From positions 1 to 14,049 of the forward strand of contig JBHIAT010000090.1 of the NCBI GenBank assembly GCA_046758705.1: 14,049 nt of DNA. The letters run 5' to 3'. The notes under the pieces are model-generated. The model was not told the origin of the DNA and searched no databases. It was given only the letters and a program-made list of their open reading frames with translations. This stretch comes from Candidatus Bipolaricaulia bacterium. Its GTDB lineage: Bacteria > Bipolaricaulota > Bipolaricaulia > JBHIAT01. Below, piece by piece: positions 10,456-14,049 of this stretch (positions are counted from its first letter, which is position 1; each line of letters starts with the position of its first letter). A program made the translations under genes and the position numbers.

Positions 10456-10485
10456 ATTCTAACCGGTTGTGAAGCCGGGGATCAA
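10456..10485 (-). promoter_or_regulatory. Putative sigma70 promoter for the M16 pair
   Basis: On the - strand: TTGATC (10485-10480), 18 bp, TAGAAT (10461-10456). Confidence 0.5.
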
Positions 10486-10493
10486 CAACAAGA

Positions 10494-10509
10494 TGTAAGA
10501 AATCTTACA
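10494..10509. promoter_or_regulatory. CRP/FNR-family-like operator palindrome TGTAAGA-AA-TCTTACA
   Basis: Perfect 7-2-7 inverted repeat; fits TGTA-N8-TACA and TGTAA-N6-TTACA. Confidence 0.6.
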
Positions 10510-10581
10510 GTGATCCACCGTTCGATCCCTTAACATGAATTTAAGGAACATGCTTATAGGATTGTTCAAAGGTGATCGGGG

Positions 10582-10656
10582 ATGTTTTGGGTGTTTCTGG
10601 AGTTGGTTGGGCTGACCATATCCCTTCCAGCATATTTGCTGTTAAGGGGACGGTAG
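10582..10656 (+). CDS. Putative small hydrophobic protein (24 aa) MFWVFLELVGLTISLPAYLLLRGR
   Basis: ATG 10582 to TAG 10654-10656; AGGTGA SD-like sequence at 10570-10575 with 6 nt spacer; single-TM-like sequence with basic C-terminus. Confidence 0.45.
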   Translation: MFWVFLELVGLTISLPAYLLLRGR

Positions 10657-10704
10657 AGCAAAACAAACCTTGGACTGACAATCGATTCGAATCGAGAGAA
10701 AACT

Positions 10705-10782
10705 ATGGCTACTTACCGATGGTTGATGGCTCTGACGGTGACCATGATCAGCTTGGGGTTTATCGCCCTGGCCCTCAGGTAA
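10705..10782 (+). CDS. Putative small hydrophobic protein (25 aa) MATYRWLMALTVTMISLGFIALALR
   Basis: ATG 10705 to TAA 10780-10782; weak GAGAG SD; 19 uncharged residues between two Arg; GC-rich third codon positions in the 3' two-thirds. Confidence 0.45.
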   Translation: MATYRWLMALTVTMISLGFIALALR

Positions 10783-10833
10783 ATACGATCACCACTTGTC
10801 CAGGTAGCTGTCTTCAGCTATAGTTGAGTTACC

Positions 10834-11409
10834 TTACTCACCCTGGATTTTCTCAAGCGCCTCGGCGGCTGCCCTGCGCACGAACACGACCTCATCCTGC
10901 ATTGCCTCTCTCAAGGCAGGGACCGCATCCTGGGCATCAGGGCCGATCTGCCCCAGCGCCTGGGCGGCAGCTGAGCGTACATCCTCGTTCTCATCCTGCA
11001 GCGCCTTGATCAAGGCAGAGACCGCGTCCTGGGCATCAGGACCGATCTTCCCCAGCGCAACGGCGACGTTAGCGCGAACGCCTGCGTCCTCATCCCGCAA
11101 CGCCTCGATTAAGACAGGGATCGCGGGGGAGCCGATCTGCCCCAGTGCTACGGCAGCTTGCTCGCGCACGCGAAAGTCCTCATCCCGCAGTGCGTTGGCC
11201 AGAGCAGGGATTGCCTTCAAAGTCGCACCCCTTATCTCTCCAAGAGCCTTCACTGCATCCTGGCGGGTGGTCCAGAAGGGATTTTGCAGCGCCTCGATGA
11301 GTTCGTCGATGACTTGGTCTGCGTGTGCAGGACCTACCCGCCCAGCTGGAGTGCAGCCTGTTAAAGCGACCAACGCCACCACCACCAAAGAAAGTACTGT
11401 GCTCTTCAT
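10834..11409 (-). CDS. HEAT-repeat (PBS-lyase-like) lipoprotein
   Basis: 191 aa; GGGAGG RBS; lipobox LTG-C19; about five repeats of the type L.D.D..VR..AA.ALG.IG; a 99-bp-offset DNA repeat (10921-10959 vs 11020-11058, 36/39 identical). Confidence 0.88.
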   Translation of the reverse strand: MKSTVLSLVVVALVALTGCTPAGRVGPAHADQVIDELIEALQNPFWTTRQDAVKALGEIRGATLKAIPALANALRDEDFRVREQAAVALGQIGSPAIPVLIEALRDEDAGVRANVAVALGKIGPDAQDAVSALIKALQDENEDVRSAAAQALGQIGPDAQDAVPALREAMQDEVVFVRRAAAEALEKIQGE

Positions 11410-11481
11410 CAGACTACCTCCCTTCAGGGCTGTGCTCCGGATTTATCTAATAATAAACCTTTCAGCCCAGGTAACACAAAG

Positions 11482-12636
11482 TCACATGGCTTTTCTCAAG
11501 ACTTCCGTTAACTCCTCATCCGTCAACGCGATGGGATTCCCCTTCATGCTACTTGCCTTTTGGGACTTATCCACCACTGGTGGGAAGTCATCTTCTGTCA
11601 ACCCAAATTCAGACAGTGGTGGTACGTTCAAAGCCCCACAAAGGTCTTGCACCCAGGCGACCCCATCGGCCGCTTGCGCCGTGGCCTTTCCCGTCAGAAC
11701 CCGAGCCACCTCGTCATACCGGGTCAATGCCGGGGAGTTGGGCGCACGGGCCTGCAACGCACGCACGTTGGCCTCCATGACATGCGGCAACAGTCGAGCG
11801 CATATTACACCATGTGGAGCGGGAAACATGCCCCCCAATGGGCCGGCGAAACCATGTACGGCTCCTAATTTAGCGTTTGCCAGAGCTAATCCACCCAAGA
11901 GACTCACCAGAGCCATCTCCTCACGCGCTGCCACGTTGCTTCCATCTTCATAAGCTCGACGTAACGAACGGGCGGCCCGTTGCAGACCCTCTCGGCATAT
12001 CGCGTCTGTCAGTGGGTTTGCTTGGTTAGAAACGTAAGGTTCCATGACCTGAGTGAGTGCATCCAGCCCGGTACTGGCGGTTACGACCGGCGGCATTGAG
12101 TGAGTTAGCTCAGGATCAACCACAGCCAGGCGAGGCAGCATCAACGGGCTGCGCAGGCTTACCTTGACACGATGCTCAGGTGAAGCTAGTACAGCATTGT
12201 GCGTGACCTCAGCCCCCGTGCCGGCCGTGGTTGGAATGGCAATGTAGGGTGCGGCAGCCTGGGTGAGCGGTTGTCCATGGCCGATAACCTCCAGGTAGTC
12301 CAGCGGTTCGCCGCCGTTGGTCAGGAGCGCAGCAATCGCCTTGCCACTATCCAGAACACTCCCGCCACCCATGCCAATCACGAAATCGCTCCCGGCCTCA
12401 CGGGCACGCTGCACGCCTGCGAGGGCTATCTCCGTCGTTGGCTCACCGGGCACGTTAACCGTGACCGGTTCCATCCCCTGCTCGTTCAACTGTTCCAACA
12501 GCGGTGCGGCGCGCTCAACGGTACGGCCGGTGACAACTAAAACACGGCGTCCCATCCTGGTCGCCAGCGGCGCGACTTCCTGTAGAGTGCCTCGGCCAAA
12601 AATGATGCGTGTGGCAGTGGCAAATTCAAACCTCAT
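11482..12636 (-). CDS. Iron-containing (group III) alcohol dehydrogenase family protein
   Basis: 384 aa from ATG 12636 (ATGA overlap with the upstream gene); [43 protein letters not shown]. Confidence 0.92.
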   Translation of the reverse strand: MRFEFATATRIIFGRGTLQEVAPLATRMGRRVLVVTGRTVERAAPLLEQLNEQGMEPVTVNVPGEPTTEIALAGVQRAREAGSDFVIGMGGGSVLDSGKAIAALLTNGGEPLDYLEVIGHGQPLTQAAAPYIAIPTTAGTGAEVTHNAVLASPEHRVKVSLRSPLMLPRLAVVDPELTHSMPPVVTASTGLDALTQVMEPYVSNQANPLTDAICREGLQRAARSLRRAYEDGSNVAAREEMALVSLLGGLALANAKLGAVHGFAGPLGGMFPAPHGVICARLLPHVMEANVRALQARAPNSPALTRYDEVARVLTGKATAQAADGVAWVQDLCGALNVPPLSEFGLTEDDFPPVVDKSQKASSMKGNPIALTDEELTEVLRKAM

Positions 12637-12947
12637 AGCGAGTCCCAACCATCCTCATCAGGGAATACATTGGTGTATTTGATGCTGGTGCGTGGCTCGG
12701 CCATCATGTCGACCACGGTGTCACGCCATTTCTGATAATGCGTCGTTTCTTTGTGCCGGGCCGGGTCATCGGATGTGCGATAGACCTCGACGAGTACAAA
12801 GCGAGTCGGGTCATCTTGTTGTTGAATGATATCAAAGCGGGCGATGCCGGGCTCTTGAACGCTGTTACGGGCGTTTTCAAGAGAGGCCGCCTCGAAAGCT
12901 TCCACTTGGTCAGGCTTAACATGGACAAAAACGTGGACGATGAACAT
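12633..12947 (-). CDS. ABM (antibiotic biosynthesis monooxygenase)/LsrG-like protein
   Basis: 104 aa; AAGGAGG RBS at 12953-12959; [11 protein letters not shown]...[11 protein letters not shown]...[11 protein letters not shown]...[12 protein letters not shown]. Confidence 0.88.
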   Translation of the reverse strand: MFIVHVFVHVKPDQVEAFEAASLENARNSVQEPGIARFDIIQQQDDPTRFVLVEVYRTSDDPARHKETTHYQKWRDTVVDMMAEPRTSIKYTNVFPDEDGWDSL

Positions 12948-12987
12948 AGAATCCTCCTTGGATTGAATTAGAACATTTCAGCTTTGA

Positions 12988-13016
12988 ATTGTACCGGCCT
13001 TGAACAACTGCTGCAA
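12988..13016 (-). promoter_or_regulatory. Putative sigma70 promoter for the ABM-ADH unit
   Basis: On the - strand: TTGCAG (13016-13011), 17 bp, TACAAT (12993-12988). Confidence 0.6.
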
Positions 13017-13151
13017 CCTCTATTATTCAGGTACTGAACTAAGGAACAGGTTGTGGTTGGAAGGTCTGCTTTGGCCTAGAGAAGGCGGTCTTACAATCGG
13101 AAAAGGCCGGATGCTATGTGGTTCTTGGGCGACATCGTCGAAATTTAACTC

Positions 13152-13460
13152 TCAGCCCCCACGTTCGTCCATGATCGCCCGCAAGCCGTCTAAGAGCTCA
13201 CCGGTTTGCTCGATCCTGATGGCTATACCCTCGCCCGGCTGCCAGTTGTCGGGGTCGTCAGGGTTCAGGCCGTCACTCTCGGCAAAGTACCACGTCCGAA
13301 TGTGACAATACTTCCGGCCCTTGTATTCAAAAACGCTTAGCAGCAACCGGTCGTGGCCGCGCTCGATGTCTTCGTAAACCGTGTGCCCCATGGCTTCAGC
13401 AGCCGCGGCTGCCGCGCTTTTCGCTTTAGTCGCAGTCGTTGTCTTGGTTTTCGTTGCCAT
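13152..13460 (-). CDS. PC4/YdbC-like single-stranded DNA-binding protein
   Basis: 102 aa from ATG 13460 with AAGGAGGGTG RBS; LLLSVFEYKGRKYCHIRTWY...WQPGEGIAI resembles the PC4 core pattern (V.EFKGK..+DIR.+Y...P.KGI.L). Confidence 0.75.
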   Translation of the reverse strand: MATKTKTTTATKAKSAAAAAAEAMGHTVYEDIERGHDRLLLSVFEYKGRKYCHIRTWYFAESDGLNPDDPDNWQPGEGIAIRIEQTGELLDGLRAIMDERGG

Positions 13461-13501
13461 GCTCACCCTCCTTTTATCCCCTGATTTTATCATCAAATGT
13501 C

Positions 13502-13531
13502 ATTGTAGCATTTGCACAACCCGTGTGTCAA
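13502..13531 (-). promoter_or_regulatory. Strong sigma70 promoter for the PC4-like gene
   Basis: On the - strand: perfect TTGACA (13531-13526), 18 bp, TG-C-TACAAT (13510-13502). Confidence 0.75.
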
Positions 13532-13561
13532 ATTGCCCCTGACATGCACCCGCCCCGCCCG

Positions 13562-13768
13562 GAGAAGGATAGGAAGCACGTGATCGTGGAAAAGGACGGC
13601 ATCCCCATGGTGGTCATCCTCTCTGTCCCCGAATATGAGCAGCTTTTGAAGGAACTGAAGCTAGCGCGCTTCGAGCAGACCAGCCGGGTTGTCGACCTGG
13701 AAGCCGAGCAGCAGGGGTTTACCGAAGAACAATTGGAGCAAGAGATGGAAGCCATCAAAGAGCGGCTC
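13562..13768 (+). pseudogene. Fragment of a Phd/YefM-type antitoxin gene
   Basis: KHVIVEKDGIPMVVILSVPEYEQL resembles the Phd beta2-beta3-alpha segment and is followed by an acidic helical tail. There is no N-terminal helix region, no RBS, no nearby stop (the frame runs antisense into the next gene) and no toxin gene. Confidence 0.55.
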
Positions 13769-13795
13769 CTTGGTCATCTTTTCCTTCCTCGACCC

Positions 13796-14049
13796 TCAAC
13801 CGGAGCCAGTGACCTGCTTGGCAACCCCGCGCACTTCCTTGGTAAACGGATGGTCAGGGTAGCGCAGGCAGAAGACATCGCTGCTGCCCAGACGAACCAT
13901 CTCTTCGTTGAGGGGCAGGATGCCGGCCACCGGCGCGTTGTAGGTGATCTCCACTTGTTCCCGTAGGGCGTCGAAATCGAAGGCCGTCAGCGCATTGTTG
14001 ACCACCATCAGCAGTTTGGGCACCTCCAACTTTCGGGCCACGTCCACCG
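13796..14049 (-). CDS. MinD/ParA-family ATPase, C-terminal part (cut by window edge)
   Basis: VDVARKLEVPKLLMVVN...EITYNAPVAGILPL...VFCLRYPDHPFT resembles the MinD/ParA C-terminus; the P-loop would lie outside the window. Confidence 0.65.
   Translation of the reverse strand, partial: VDVARKLEVPKLLMVVNNALTAFDFDALREQVEITYNAPVAGILPLNEEMVRLGSSDVFCLRYPDHPFTKEVRGVAKQVTGSG

Noticed and set aside
10572-10823. 83-aa ORF from the track
   Set aside because: GTG start without RBS and no recognisable features; two short ORFs in another frame have better initiation signals.
13000-13305. 101-aa + strand ORF
   Set aside because: Overlaps the ABM promoter and is antisense to the PC4-like gene; no motifs.
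13439-13966. 175-aa ORF as an intact gene
   Set aside because: The 5' part overlaps the PC4-like promoter and start, and the 3' part is antisense to the MinD/ParA-like gene; only the middle looks protein-like.

Overview
GC-rich bacterial window of mostly housekeeping genes. It opens with a + strand YyaL/SPATA20-like thioredoxin-domain gene translationally coupled to phosphoenolpyruvate carboxylase (ppc). An IS607-family element (about 4980-7017; serine-recombinase tnpA, tnpB and a predicted omega-RNA) then sits in what appears to be the Shine-Dalgarno region of an endonuclease III gene. The - strand carries an exported M16B peptidase pair (one with HxxEH, one without), a HEAT-repeat lipoprotein, an ABM/LsrG-like plus Fe-alcohol dehydrogenase pair, a PC4/YdbC-like ssDNA-binding gene and the 3' end of a MinD/ParA-like gene. 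A Phd-like antitoxin remnant lies on +. Three observations stand out. (1) The TnpB is in frame but lacks about 90 residues including RuvC-II, while the omega-RNA pairing looks intact. (2) The IS sits directly after AGGAG and supplies a new AGGAGG at its right end. (3) The 10.42-10.83 kb 'intergenic' region holds two hydrophobic 24-25 aa ORFs, too short for the ORF track, behind a promoter with class II CRP/FNR geometry. All calls come from reading motifs by eye; no searches were run.
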